DNA of 64,000 nt from an uncultured Chloroflexia bacterium (GTDB taxonomy: Bacteria > Chloroflexota > Limnocylindria > Limnocylindrales > CSP1-4), in the NCBI GenBank assembly GCA_963719285.1, contig CAVRBO010000001.1, positions 966,918 through 1,030,917 on the forward strand, read 5' to 3'. The translations under genes were made by a program, and so were the position numbers. Position 1 is the first letter of the stretch. The number at the start of each line of letters is the position of its first letter. This document shows, in pieces, positions 7,659-18,672 of the stretch. Below the pieces are notes generated by a model. It made no database searches. It had not been told where the DNA came from and worked only from the letters and a program-made list of their open reading frames with translations.

Positions 7659-8007
7659 CGCCGGTCAGGGCCTCGCGCAGGGTGCTCGCCGTGACGGGCT
7701 CAAGGGTGAAGCTCGCACCGCTCGCCGGATGCACCCGCAAGCGCGGCCGATCGTCGTCGCACTCGACCACCTGGAGGGCCGGCTGGCGGGCCCGCAACGC
7801 GCGCACGATCGCGTCGGCCTCCGGACCCATCCGCACGATCACGGCGTCCGGATGGAGGCGGACGACGGCGTCGGTGAGGACCCGCGGATCGGCGAGACCA
7901 TCGGCCGCCGCCGCGTCGAGGACGTCGAAGTGCTCCTCGATGAGGGTCTGGGTCAACCCCCGGGCGACCAGGGGGTCGAGGTCTCCGATGAGGACACGGC
8001 TCGCCAC
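7627..8007 (-). CDS. small receiver-domain-like protein lacking the canonical phospho-acceptor Asp (atypical/pseudo receiver), hypothetical
   Basis: 126 aa; VLIGDLDPLVARGL...HPDAVIVRMG aligns with REC motifs (VLIVDDHPLVR ... PDVVLMDL) but R replaces the phosphorylated D; first gene after the promoter region. Confidence 0.35.
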   Translation of the reverse strand: MASRVLIGDLDPLVARGLTQTLIEEHFDVLDAAAADGLADPRVLTDAVVRLHPDAVIVRMGPEADAIVRALRARQPALQVVECDDDRPRLRVHPASGASFTLEPVTASTLREALTGDERPGAPGVS

Positions 8008-8224
8008 CGGCCGAGTGTCGAGCGTGGCGGCTGCGGACCGGTAGCCACCCGAGGGCAGTCATGTGGGCCGGAATGGGCAACCGCCCCGTGCGCGTCGCTG
8101 CCCGAAGGTGCCACCGATGGTGCCCGGACGGGTAGCGGCGGTCGGCGCGCGGAACCATGCGCGGGTCGAGGCGTGGCGGGGTCGCGATGGGCGTGCGACA
8201 GCGGCCAAGGTCGGGCCCCGAGAT

Positions 8225-8244
8225 GGCAAGACGTGCGTCTTGCC
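8225..8244. promoter_or_regulatory. perfect 9-bp inverted repeat with 2-nt spacer (GGCAAGACG tg CGTCTTGCC); hairpin or operator candidate
   Basis: read directly from sequence in the 305-nt region between regulator gene and eCIS operon. Confidence 0.4.
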
Positions 8245-8261
8245 GGGATGGAGCCGGCTAC

Positions 8262-8301
8262 CGATGCCGCGGTCAGGCGAACGATGCCGCGGTCAGGCGA
8301 A
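8262..8301. promoter_or_regulatory. 20-nt tandem direct repeat (cgatgccgcggtcaggcgaa x2, partial third copy to about 8311); candidate regulator binding site
   Basis: exact duplication visible at 8262-8281 and 8282-8301, lying between the LuxR-type regulator gene and the eCIS operon start. Confidence 0.4.
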
Positions 8302-8312
8302 CGTCAGGTCGC

Positions 8313-8996
8313 TCAGATGAGGTTCTTGCGCAACGCATAGGCGACCGCGTGGGTGCGGTTGCGCAGGCCGAGCTTGATCACCACGTCGTGGATCGCGTTC
8401 TTCACGGTCCGCTCGGAGTACGACAGCTTGAGCGCGATCTCGCGGGTGTCGTCGCCCTCGGCGGCCAGTCGGAGGATCTCGACCTCGCGCGGGGAGAGCC
8501 CGCTCAGGCCCACGCCCCGGGGCGTCCAGACCTCGCGACTCATCCGGCCGATGTGCTCGACGAGGTCGCCGAGCATGGCCGGCGGGATGAGCCCGTCCCC
8601 GCAGGCGATGGCCCGCAGGCTCGCGGCGAGGGTCTCGGTCCGCATGTCCGCCTTGAGCAGATAGCCGACCGCGCCCGCCTCGATGGCGCGGTACAGCTCG
8701 AGCGTGTCCGGCTGTGCGGCACAGACGACCGCGCGGGTGCCCGGGGCGGCTTCGCGCAGGGCGTTCACGACCCGCAGGCCGTCCCCATCGGCGAGGTGCA
8801 TGTCGATTAGGGCGAGCGTGGGCTGCTCCGCCATGCCGATCCGGACCGCGGTGTCGCCGTCCTCGGCCTCGCCAGCGACGACGAAGTCCGGTTCGCCCGC
8901 GAGGCACGATGCGATGCCCCGGCGGAACATGGCGTGGTCATCCGCGATGAGCGTCCGGATCACCCCGTCGGGGCGCGTCGAGTCTGGTCGTTCCAA
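8313..8996 (-). CDS. two-component response regulator, NarL/LuxR family (REC + LuxR-type HTH)
   Basis: VIRTLIADDHAMFRRGI...DMHLADGDGL receiver motifs with conserved DD and phospho-acceptor D; C-terminal LSPREVEILRLAAEGDDTREIALKLSYSERTVKNAIHDVVIKLG is the LuxR HTH signature. Confidence 0.85.
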   Translation of the reverse strand: MERPDSTRPDGVIRTLIADDHAMFRRGIASCLAGEPDFVVAGEAEDGDTAVRIGMAEQPTLALIDMHLADGDGLRVVNALREAAPGTRAVVCAAQPDTLELYRAIEAGAVGYLLKADMRTETLAASLRAIACGDGLIPPAMLGDLVEHIGRMSREVWTPRGVGLSGLSPREVEILRLAAEGDDTREIALKLSYSERTVKNAIHDVVIKLGLRNRTHAVAYALRKNLI

Positions 8997-9131
8997 CGGG
9001 GGGTGCCTCTCTCCTCCGTCCAGCGGCGGATCGTCGTCCGGTGGTCCGAGTATAGGGACGGGTTCGGGGCGGCTCTACTGCCTTATCCACAAGGACCGTC
9101 CACAAAGGGCATCCGGTCGTACACTCGGCGG

Positions 9132-10247
9132 GTGGTACGAGCGGCGATCCTGGAGCGGCCCGGCCACCCCCTGACCGTCGGCGACGTCGTCCTCGATCCG
9201 CCCGCGGCCGGCGAGATCCGGGTCCGTATGACGGCCAGCGGCGTCTGCCACTCCGACCTCCACGTCCGCGACGGTGAGTGGCCGAGGCCGGGCCCCTTCG
9301 TCATCGGCCACGAGGGCGCGGGCGTGGTCACCGAGCTCGGTCCGGGGGTCGATCCGTCCGCGACCGGCCTGCGTCCGGGCGGAGCGGTCGCGCTCAGCTG
9401 GATCGCCCCGTGTGGCGCGTGCCGGCAGTGCCTGGCCGGGCGGGCCTGGCTGTGCGTCGACAACGGGGCGGTGCGCCACCGGATGGCGGACGGGTCCACC
9501 CGCCTGCACGGGCCCGATGGGCGCGACCTGCTCGCCTACTGCGGCCTGGGCACGATGGCGGAGGAGGCCACGGTCGCGGCGTCGGCCGCGGTGCCGATGC
9601 CGGACGGGGTTGACCCGGCGGTCGCGGCGCTGATCGGCTGCTGCGTTTCGACCGGCGTGGGCGCCGCGCTCAAGACGGCGGCCGTGCCGGCCGGCTCGTC
9701 GGCGGTCGTCATCGGCCTGGGCGGCGTCGGCCTGTCGGTCGTGATGGGCCTGGTCCTGGCCGGCGCCGACCCGATCATCGCGGTGGACCGGATCCCGGCC
9801 AAGCTCGAGCTCGCTCGCGAGCTCGGGGCGACCCAGGCGATCCGGGCCGGCACCGACGCCGACGCGAGCCTGGCGGCGATCCGGGCGGCCACCGGCGGCG
9901 GACCGGAGTACGCGTTCGAAGCCATCGGCCTGCCGACGACGATCGAGCTCGCGATCGGCTGCCTGCCGCCGGGCGGGACGGCGACGCTCGTCGGCATGAC
10001 CCCGTTCGGCGAGCGGGCGAGCTTCGAGGTCTTCCCGTTCGTGGACGGCGGCCGGCGGATCCTGGGCAGCAATTACGGCTCGGCGGTGCCCGCCGTCGAC
10101 TTCGTGCGGTACGCCCAGCTCCACCTCGACGGCCGCCTGCCGATCGCCCGTCTCATCGAGCGACGGATCGGCCTCGACGAGGTGGAGGACGCCTTCGCCG
10201 CCATGCGCCGGGGCGACGGACTCCGCCGGGTCGTCGCCTTCGACTGA
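9132..10247 (+). CDS. zinc-dependent alcohol dehydrogenase (class III/mycothiol-formaldehyde dehydrogenase-like)
   Basis: GVCHSDLHVRDGEW, GHEGAGVV, CGACRQCLAGRAWLC zinc ligand motifs and GLGGVGLSVV Rossmann motif; GTG start chosen at VVRAAILERPGHPLTV. Confidence 0.8.
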   Translation: MVRAAILERPGHPLTVGDVVLDPPAAGEIRVRMTASGVCHSDLHVRDGEWPRPGPFVIGHEGAGVVTELGPGVDPSATGLRPGGAVALSWIAPCGACRQCLAGRAWLCVDNGAVRHRMADGSTRLHGPDGRDLLAYCGLGTMAEEATVAASAAVPMPDGVDPAVAALIGCCVSTGVGAALKTAAVPAGSSAVVIGLGGVGLSVVMGLVLAGADPIIAVDRIPAKLELARELGATQAIRAGTDADASLAAIRAATGGGPEYAFEAIGLPTTIELAIGCLPPGGTATLVGMTPFGERASFEVFPFVDGGRRILGSNYGSAVPAVDFVRYAQLHLDGRLPIARLIERRIGLDEVEDAFAAMRRGDGLRRVVAFD

Positions 10248-10275
10248 GGGCGGCCGGCGATCGTCCGGGCCACCG

Positions 10276-10294
10276 GACCCGGCAGCCGGGTCCG
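10276..10294. terminator. GC-rich hairpin (ggacccgg cag ccgggtcc) between convergent adh and ppdK; bidirectional terminator candidate
   Basis: 8-bp perfect stem, 3-nt loop, 29 nt after adh stop and about 30 nt after ppdK stop on the other strand. Confidence 0.45.
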
Positions 10295-10300
10295 CGACGC

Positions 10301-10324
10301 TCCCCTACTTGTCGCGTTGCTCCC

Positions 10325-10340
<16 letters not shown>
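10301..10340. repeat. 20-nt tandem duplication of the ppdK 3' end (ctcccctacttgtcgcgtt g/c)
   Basis: two adjacent identical 19/20-nt copies; the second copy contains the last codons (ERDK-stop) of ppdK. Confidence 0.7.
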
Positions 10341-13102
<2,762 letters not shown>

Positions 13103-13348
13103 GGGGACAGGCTCCTTCGGGAGTGTTCCGTGCGTCGCGGGCTGCGCGGCACGTTCGCCCGGGAGTCTCCGTGCGCCGCTTCATGGCGGCGTCTTCGCGC
13201 GGGAGTCGTGAGCCCGGCGCTCGATCGTACCACCGGTCGTCGGATGGGGACCATTGCGGACGGGTTGCGGGAGGGGACAGAGCCGGTCCCGGGCGCGACC
13301 TCCCCGCTACCCGGTCGGGCGGTCCCGTGACGCCCGTCGGGCTACACT

Positions 13349-13363
13349 GGGGACGTCGTCCCC
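13349..13363. promoter_or_regulatory. perfect 7-1-7 palindrome GGGGACG t CGTCCCC about 60 nt upstream of fpr; operator candidate
   Basis: seen directly; preceded by TACACT (-10-like) in the 320-nt divergent ppdK/fpr intergenic region. Confidence 0.3.
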
Positions 13364-13422
13364 GGCTGCCCGCCTGGCCGATCGCCGATGTGCCGAGAGG
13401 AGACGCCCGACCCGTGATCGAG

Positions 13423-14244
13423 ATGCCGCCGGACGAGCGCGTCATCGACCCGGCCGCGCCGGTCTACAACGCCCGGCTCGTGCGCCGTGTCGACGAGACG
13501 GACAGCCTCGCCTACTTCTGGGTCCGCTTCGACGGCGAGCCGACCCCGTTCGAGCCCGGCCAGTACATGACGACCGGCGTGTTCGCCGACGGCCGGCTCG
13601 TCCAGCGGCCGTACTCCGTCGCGTCGTCACCCCGGGTCGCCGGCACGGAGGGCTACGAGTTCTATGTCCGCCTCGTCCAGGGCGGACAGTTCACCCCGCT
13701 GCTGTGGCGCCTGCCGGTGGGCCACAGGATGCGGATGATCGGCCCGAAGGGCAAGTTCATGCTCGAGCCGGACGACGACCGGATCCACCTGTTCATCTCG
13801 ACCGGGACCGGCAATGCGCCGTTCGTCTCGATGATGAAGACGATGCTCCTCGACGGAACACCGCGCCGGGCCGTCTTCGTCAACGGCGTGTCGTACGCCG
13901 ACGAGCTCGGCTATCGGGGCCTCGTCCAGGACTGGGAGGCGTCGGGGACATACCCGGTCCACTACGTGCCCACGGTGTCGCGACCGGCCGACCCGCGCAA
14001 TGTCGGCTGGAAGGGTCGGGTCGGGCGAGCCGAGACGGTCCTCGCGTCGATCTGCGAGGACCACGGCCTCACGCCCGACAACGCCATCGCCTACATCTGC
14101 GGCAATCCGGACATGATCCTCGCGGCCGAGGCGATCCTGCTCGAACGCGGGTTCCCCGAAGCGCAGGTCAAGAAGGAGCTCTACTGGCCGAAGGGCAAGG
14201 AGCCTCGCGGCGCGGCCGTCATCGAGCGGCCCGAGGACGACTAG
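13423..14244 (+). CDS. fpr: ferredoxin-NADP(+) reductase-type flavoprotein (FNR family)
   Basis: RPYSVAS FAD-binding motif (RxYS), GPKG and ISTGTGNAPF NAD(P)-binding motifs; GAGGAG-like RBS before ATG at 13423. Confidence 0.75.
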   Translation: MPPDERVIDPAAPVYNARLVRRVDETDSLAYFWVRFDGEPTPFEPGQYMTTGVFADGRLVQRPYSVASSPRVAGTEGYEFYVRLVQGGQFTPLLWRLPVGHRMRMIGPKGKFMLEPDDDRIHLFISTGTGNAPFVSMMKTMLLDGTPRRAVFVNGVSYADELGYRGLVQDWEASGTYPVHYVPTVSRPADPRNVGWKGRVGRAETVLASICEDHGLTPDNAIAYICGNPDMILAAEAILLERGFPEAQVKKELYWPKGKEPRGAAVIERPEDD

Positions 14245-14248
14245 CGGC

Positions 14249-14377
14249 TCAGCCGAGGTTCGGCGGCGCCGGGGGTGGGCCGGCGGCCACCCCGGCCAGC
14301 CAGATCGCGGCCACGATCCCCAGCCCGATCGCGACGATCACGCCGATCCACAGGTATCGGTGCAACAGGGCGCTCAT
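14249..14377 (-). CDS. very small predicted membrane protein (single TM helix), hypothetical
   Basis: MSALLHRYLWIGVIVAIGLGIVAAIWLAGVAAGPPPAPPNLG; hydrophobic helix; weak evidence only. Confidence 0.25.
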   Translation of the reverse strand: MSALLHRYLWIGVIVAIGLGIVAAIWLAGVAAGPPPAPPNLG

Positions 14378-14402
14378 CGTCGTCGATCCCTTCCGGTCCC
14401 GG

Positions 14403-15158
14403 TCACGGGACGCTCGCAGTGCCGGCGACCGAGGTGAGCAGCGCGGCCTTCGCGGCCGCGAACTCGTCATCGGTCAGGTCGCCGCGCGCATGGAGATCGG
14501 CGAGGCGTTCGAGTTCATGGGCGAGGTCGGGCCCGGCGTCCCGGCCGGTCGGGGCGTCGGAGACTCCAGCCGGCGCGTGCTCGAGCGACCGGTCGGCGTG
14601 CGCCGTCGGGCCCACGCCGGCCGCGAGCTGGGCGGCCCGGAGGCGCTCCCTGGCCGCGCTGTCGCCCGCTCCGCCGAACTTGAGCCCGAGGACGAGCGGG
14701 ATCCCGCCCATGAGCTCGAACAGGATGCCCGGGATGAGGAAGCCGAGTTCCAGTCCGCCGCCGCCGGGCGGCGAGACGCCGTACTGGAGGAAGTTGAACC
14801 CGAGCGTGCAGAAGAGGGCCGGCCAGGCCAGGAACGGGACCGAGCTGTAGCGCCCTCCGATGCTGGCTCCGGCCCAGAACGCGAGCGCGCCCCAGCCGAA
14901 CCCGCCGAAGATCGCGAGGAACATGAGCCAGGTGCCCTGGGGGCAGGGCTGGGCGCTGACGTACGGCCCACCGTCCGCGCACGAGCCGCCGACGTCGAGC
15001 ACCGCCCGCATCTCGATGAACATCAGCGCGATCGAGAATGCGAGGCCGGCGATGCCGACGAGATAGAGCAGGACCGTCCGGGACGACGGACCGGTCGTGG
15101 CGCCGGCGTCGCTTTCCGCGTCACCGCTGCGGCCCGTCACGGACGCGTCGCTCGTCAT
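14403..15158 (-). CDS. membrane protein with C-terminal SHOCT domain
   Basis: four hydrophobic segments and C-terminal LERLADLHARGDLTDDEFAAAKAALL typical of SHOCT (short C-terminal) domains. Confidence 0.5.
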   Translation of the reverse strand: MTSDASVTGRSGDAESDAGATTGPSSRTVLLYLVGIAGLAFSIALMFIEMRAVLDVGGSCADGGPYVSAQPCPQGTWLMFLAIFGGFGWGALAFWAGASIGGRYSSVPFLAWPALFCTLGFNFLQYGVSPPGGGGLELGFLIPGILFELMGGIPLVLGLKFGGAGDSAARERLRAAQLAAGVGPTAHADRSLEHAPAGVSDAPTGRDAGPDLAHELERLADLHARGDLTDDEFAAAKAALLTSVAGTASVP

Positions 15159-15162
15159 CGGG

Positions 15163-16569
15163 TCACGGCCGGGCGGCGGCCAGCCGATCGAGGATCGCCC
15201 GCTTGACGCCCTCGACGGGGATCCGTTCCTGGGCCATCGAATCGCGGTCCCGCACCGTCACCGCCCCGTCCTCGAGGGAGTCGACATCCACCGTGATGCA
15301 CCACGGCGTGCCGATCTCGTCCTGACGACGATAGAGCTTTCCGATGGCCGCCGTGTCGTCGTAGACCGCCATGATGTCGCGCTTCAGGTCCGCCTTGATG
15401 CGGTGGCACAGCTCGACGATCTCGGGTCGCTTCTTGAGCAGCGGAAGGACGGCGACCTTGTACGGCGCGAGCTCCGGGTGGAGGGCCAGCGAGACGCGGG
15501 TCTCGCCGCGGACCTCCTCCTCGCGATAGCTGTCGATGAGGAACGCGAACGCCGCCCGGTCGGGCCCGCCGGCGGTCTCGACGATGAACGGCGTGTAGTG
15601 CTCCTCGGTCGCCGGATCGAAGTAGTCGAGGTTCTCGCCCGACGCCTGGGCGTGGCGCGACAGGTCGAAGTCGCCCCGGTTGTGGATGCCCTCGAGCTCC
15701 TTCCAGCCGAACGGGAAGCGGTACTCGATGTCGACCGCCTTCCTGGCGTAGTGGGCGAGCTCGTCCGGGGCGTGCTCGCGGAAACGCATCCGCTCGGCCG
15801 TGAGGCCGTAGCCGGTGTACCAGTCCCAGCGCCGCGGGAGCCACTCCTCGAAGATCGCGGCGGCCGTGTCCGGCCGGACGAAGTACTGCATCTCCATCTG
15901 CTCGAACTCGCGCATCCGGAACACGAAGTTCCCGGGGCTGATCTCGTTGCGGAACGACTTGCCCACCTGGGCGATCCCGAACGGGATCTTCTTGCGCGAG
16001 CTCTCCCGCACGTTCTTGAAGTTCACGTACGAGCCCTGGGCCGTCTCGGGCCGGAAGTAGACGATCGAGCCGTCGTCCTGGACGGGGCCCATCCACGTCT
16101 GGAACATCAGGTTGAACCGCCGGGGCGCCGAGAGCGGGCCGCCGTCGTTCGGGCAGACGAGTCCAAGCCGGCCGACGACCGTCGGGTCCATCAACTCGGT
16201 CGCGCTGAGGGCCTCGGCTCCGGCGAGCTCGTCCAGGCGGTAACGCCGCCGGCACGTGCCGCACTCCACGAGCGGATCGGTGAAGCTGCCGACGTGGCCG
16301 GAGGTCACCCAGACCTGGGGGTGCATGATGATCCCCGCGTCGAGGCCCACGATGTCGTCGCGGTCCTGGACCATCGCCCGCCACCACGCCCGCTTCACGT
16401 TGTTCTTGAGCTCCACGCCGAGCGGTCCGTAATCCCACACGGCGTTGATGCCGCCGTAGATCTCGCTGCTCGGGAAGACGAAGCCACGCCGCTTCGACAG
16501 GGACACGATCGTGTCCAGATCGGCGACGGCGGGCGCGACATCGTTCGGGTTCGCGGGGGTCTCGGTCAC
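15163..16569 (-). CDS. glyQS: glycine--tRNA ligase (homodimeric type)
   Basis: DTIVSLSKRRGFVFPSSEIYGGINAVWDYGPLG N-terminus and class II aaRS motifs (FRNEISPG, FRMREFEQMEMQYF); GTG start at VTETPANPND. Confidence 0.85.
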   Translation of the reverse strand: MTETPANPNDVAPAVADLDTIVSLSKRRGFVFPSSEIYGGINAVWDYGPLGVELKNNVKRAWWRAMVQDRDDIVGLDAGIIMHPQVWVTSGHVGSFTDPLVECGTCRRRYRLDELAGAEALSATELMDPTVVGRLGLVCPNDGGPLSAPRRFNLMFQTWMGPVQDDGSIVYFRPETAQGSYVNFKNVRESSRKKIPFGIAQVGKSFRNEISPGNFVFRMREFEQMEMQYFVRPDTAAAIFEEWLPRRWDWYTGYGLTAERMRFREHAPDELAHYARKAVDIEYRFPFGWKELEGIHNRGDFDLSRHAQASGENLDYFDPATEEHYTPFIVETAGGPDRAAFAFLIDSYREEEVRGETRVSLALHPELAPYKVAVLPLLKKRPEIVELCHRIKADLKRDIMAVYDDTAAIGKLYRRQDEIGTPWCITVDVDSLEDGAVTVRDRDSMAQERIPVEGVKRAILDRLAAARP

Positions 16570-16681
16570 GGGGACTCCGGTGGGGACTGGGCTGCCGATG
16601 CTATCAGAGCCCGCCGTCCCGGCCCGCCCGGTCGCGCGGGTGGTCGACCCGGAGCCGCCGGCGCTCGTCCGACGGTCGCGG

Positions 16682-17455
16682 TCAGCGCGGCAGCGGGGCG
16701 ATCCGGACCTCGTCGAGGAAGGCAAGGGAGCGGGCCTCGCGTTCGAGGGCGTCGGCCACGAACGCGCGCATCGCCGTCTCGACCTCGCGCTCCACCGAGG
16801 GCGGCAGGCGCAGATCCGAAAGCGCCTCGGCATCCAGGCGCTGGTACGCCCGCAGGACCTTGAGGGCCTCGAGGGAGAGGCCGGACCGCGACGCCGGCGG
16901 CCCCGGGTCGCGCTGGCACAGGACGCCGCCGAGCGGTGGCACCCACCGGAAAGTGTCGCCGGGTTCGAGCAGGCGATCGCACTCCACGCACCGCTCGAGC
17001 TCCGGGCGGACGCCCAGCTCGGCCGCCAGGTGCATCTCGTACCAGCGGGCGACCCGCCCGGGGCCCATCCCCGCATCGAGCAGCTCGTACGCCCGGTGGA
17101 GCAGCGCATACAGCGGCTCGGCCGCGTGGCGCTCCTCCAGGCTTCGGTCGGCGAGCTCGGCGAGATACCAGGCCGTGGCGGCCAATTCGAGGTTGTCGCG
17201 GAGGCGGAGCCAGGCGTGGCCGACCGTGACCTGGGTCACGACATCGAACGTCCGGCCGCGGGCCAGCTGGACGCGCAGCTCCGCGAACGGCTCGAGGCTG
17301 CCGCCGATCCGGCTCTTCTGCCGGCGGATGCCCTTGGCGATCGCCTTGAGCTTGCCGTACTCGGGCGTGATGAGGGTGAGGATCCGGTCGGCCTCACCGA
17401 AGTCGAACCGCGACAGGACGATCGCGTCGGTGACATAGATGCGGCGCTCGGGCAT
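16682..17455 (-). CDS. recO: DNA repair protein RecO
   Basis: 257 aa, N-terminal OB-fold region AIVLSRFDFGEADRILTLITPEYGKL and C-terminal CVECDRLL zinc motif typical of RecO. Confidence 0.8.
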   Translation of the reverse strand: MPERRIYVTDAIVLSRFDFGEADRILTLITPEYGKLKAIAKGIRRQKSRIGGSLEPFAELRVQLARGRTFDVVTQVTVGHAWLRLRDNLELAATAWYLAELADRSLEERHAAEPLYALLHRAYELLDAGMGPGRVARWYEMHLAAELGVRPELERCVECDRLLEPGDTFRWVPPLGGVLCQRDPGPPASRSGLSLEALKVLRAYQRLDAEALSDLRLPPSVEREVETAMRAFVADALEREARSLAFLDEVRIAPLPR

Positions 17456-17584
17456 CGCCCGACGGTAGCACGAGGCGGTCGTGCCGGCCGCTCACGGTCG
17501 AGCCTCTCGCGTCCCCGGCCCCTCGGGTCAATCCGCTACCATGGTCGCGCAAGTTTGTGCCGGAGCGGATACACTCTGCCCACG

Positions 17585-18610
17585 ATGACCGCCACACCGA
17601 CTTCGCTCGACCTCGCGGAGCTCGTCGCCGCAACGGAGGGCGAGATCCTCCGTCTCGTGGCCGACCGGGACGACTCGACCCGCGGCCTGTACGAGCAGGT
17701 CCGCTACCACCTTGGCCTGGACGGCCCCGATGCGCCGGCCGGCAAGCGGATGCGCCCGCTCCTCGGTCTGCTGGCGTACGCGAGCATCACCGGGAGGTTC
17801 GAGCCGGCGCTGCCCGGCGCGGCGGCCGTCGAGCTCGGCCACAACTTCAGCCTCGTCCACGACGATATCGAGGACGGCGACACCGAGCGCCGCCACCGGC
17901 CCACCCTCTGGTCCATCCACGGGGTCCCGCAGGCGATCAACACCGGCGACACGCTCTTCACGCTGAGCCGGATCGCGCTCCATCGCCTCACCGATCTCGG
18001 GTTCTCCGACGCCAAGGTCCTCCGCCTGATGCGGCTGTACGACCTGACCTGCCTCGCCCTGTGCGAAGGCCAGTACATCGACATCTGGACCTCCGAGCAC
18101 GACACCGCGATGTCGGTCGAGCTGTACTTCGACATGATCGGCCGGAAGACCGCCTCGCTGATCGCCGCCTCGATCGAGGCGGGAGCGCTCCTGGCCACCG
18201 ATGACGAGGAGGTCATCGCCCGGTATCGGGGCTTCGGCTGGGCCCTCGGGCTCGCCTTCCAGCTCAACGACGACCTGCTCGGGATCTGGGGCGCCGAGCC
18301 GTCGACCGGCAAGGAGCCGTCCGACCTGGCCCGCCACAAGAAGACGCTGCCCGTCCTGTACGCGTTCGAGCACGGGACGGCCGAAGAGCGCGACCGCCTG
18401 GTCACGATCTACTCCACGTCGACGCCCAGCCGCGCCGAAGTGGACGAGGCGGTCGCGATCCTGGAGCGCACCGGCGCCCGCGACTACACGCGCGACCAGG
18501 CCCGCCGCTACCGCGACGAGGCGCTGGCCGAGCTCGATGCGGCCGGGGTCGTGCTGCCCGAGGCACGCGAAGCGCTCGAATCGATCATCGTCCGCGTCAT
18601 CAGCGCATAA
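17585..18610 (+). CDS. polyprenyl diphosphate synthase (trans-isoprenyl diphosphate synthase family, GGPP/long-chain)
   Basis: two aspartate-rich motifs LVHDDIEDGD and NDDLLGIWG; ATG at 17585 (MTATPTSLD). Confidence 0.8.
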   Translation: MTATPTSLDLAELVAATEGEILRLVADRDDSTRGLYEQVRYHLGLDGPDAPAGKRMRPLLGLLAYASITGRFEPALPGAAAVELGHNFSLVHDDIEDGDTERRHRPTLWSIHGVPQAINTGDTLFTLSRIALHRLTDLGFSDAKVLRLMRLYDLTCLALCEGQYIDIWTSEHDTAMSVELYFDMIGRKTASLIAASIEAGALLATDDEEVIARYRGFGWALGLAFQLNDDLLGIWGAEPSTGKEPSDLARHKKTLPVLYAFEHGTAEERDRLVTIYSTSTPSRAEVDEAVAILERTGARDYTRDQARRYRDEALAELDAAGVVLPEAREALESIIVRVISA

Positions 18611-18672
18611 CCGGACTGCCGCGCGAGGCCCCGCCGGCGACGGCGCCGGGCGACCCGGCGCACGGAGGGACG

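Noticed and set aside
1-8007. Intact prophage
   Set aside because: Three tube paralogs and a LysM tube-initiator are eCIS hallmarks. No capsid, terminase, portal, integrase or lysis gene in the visible part, and the locus is flanked on the right by core genes. The left side is unseen, so this rejection is provisional.
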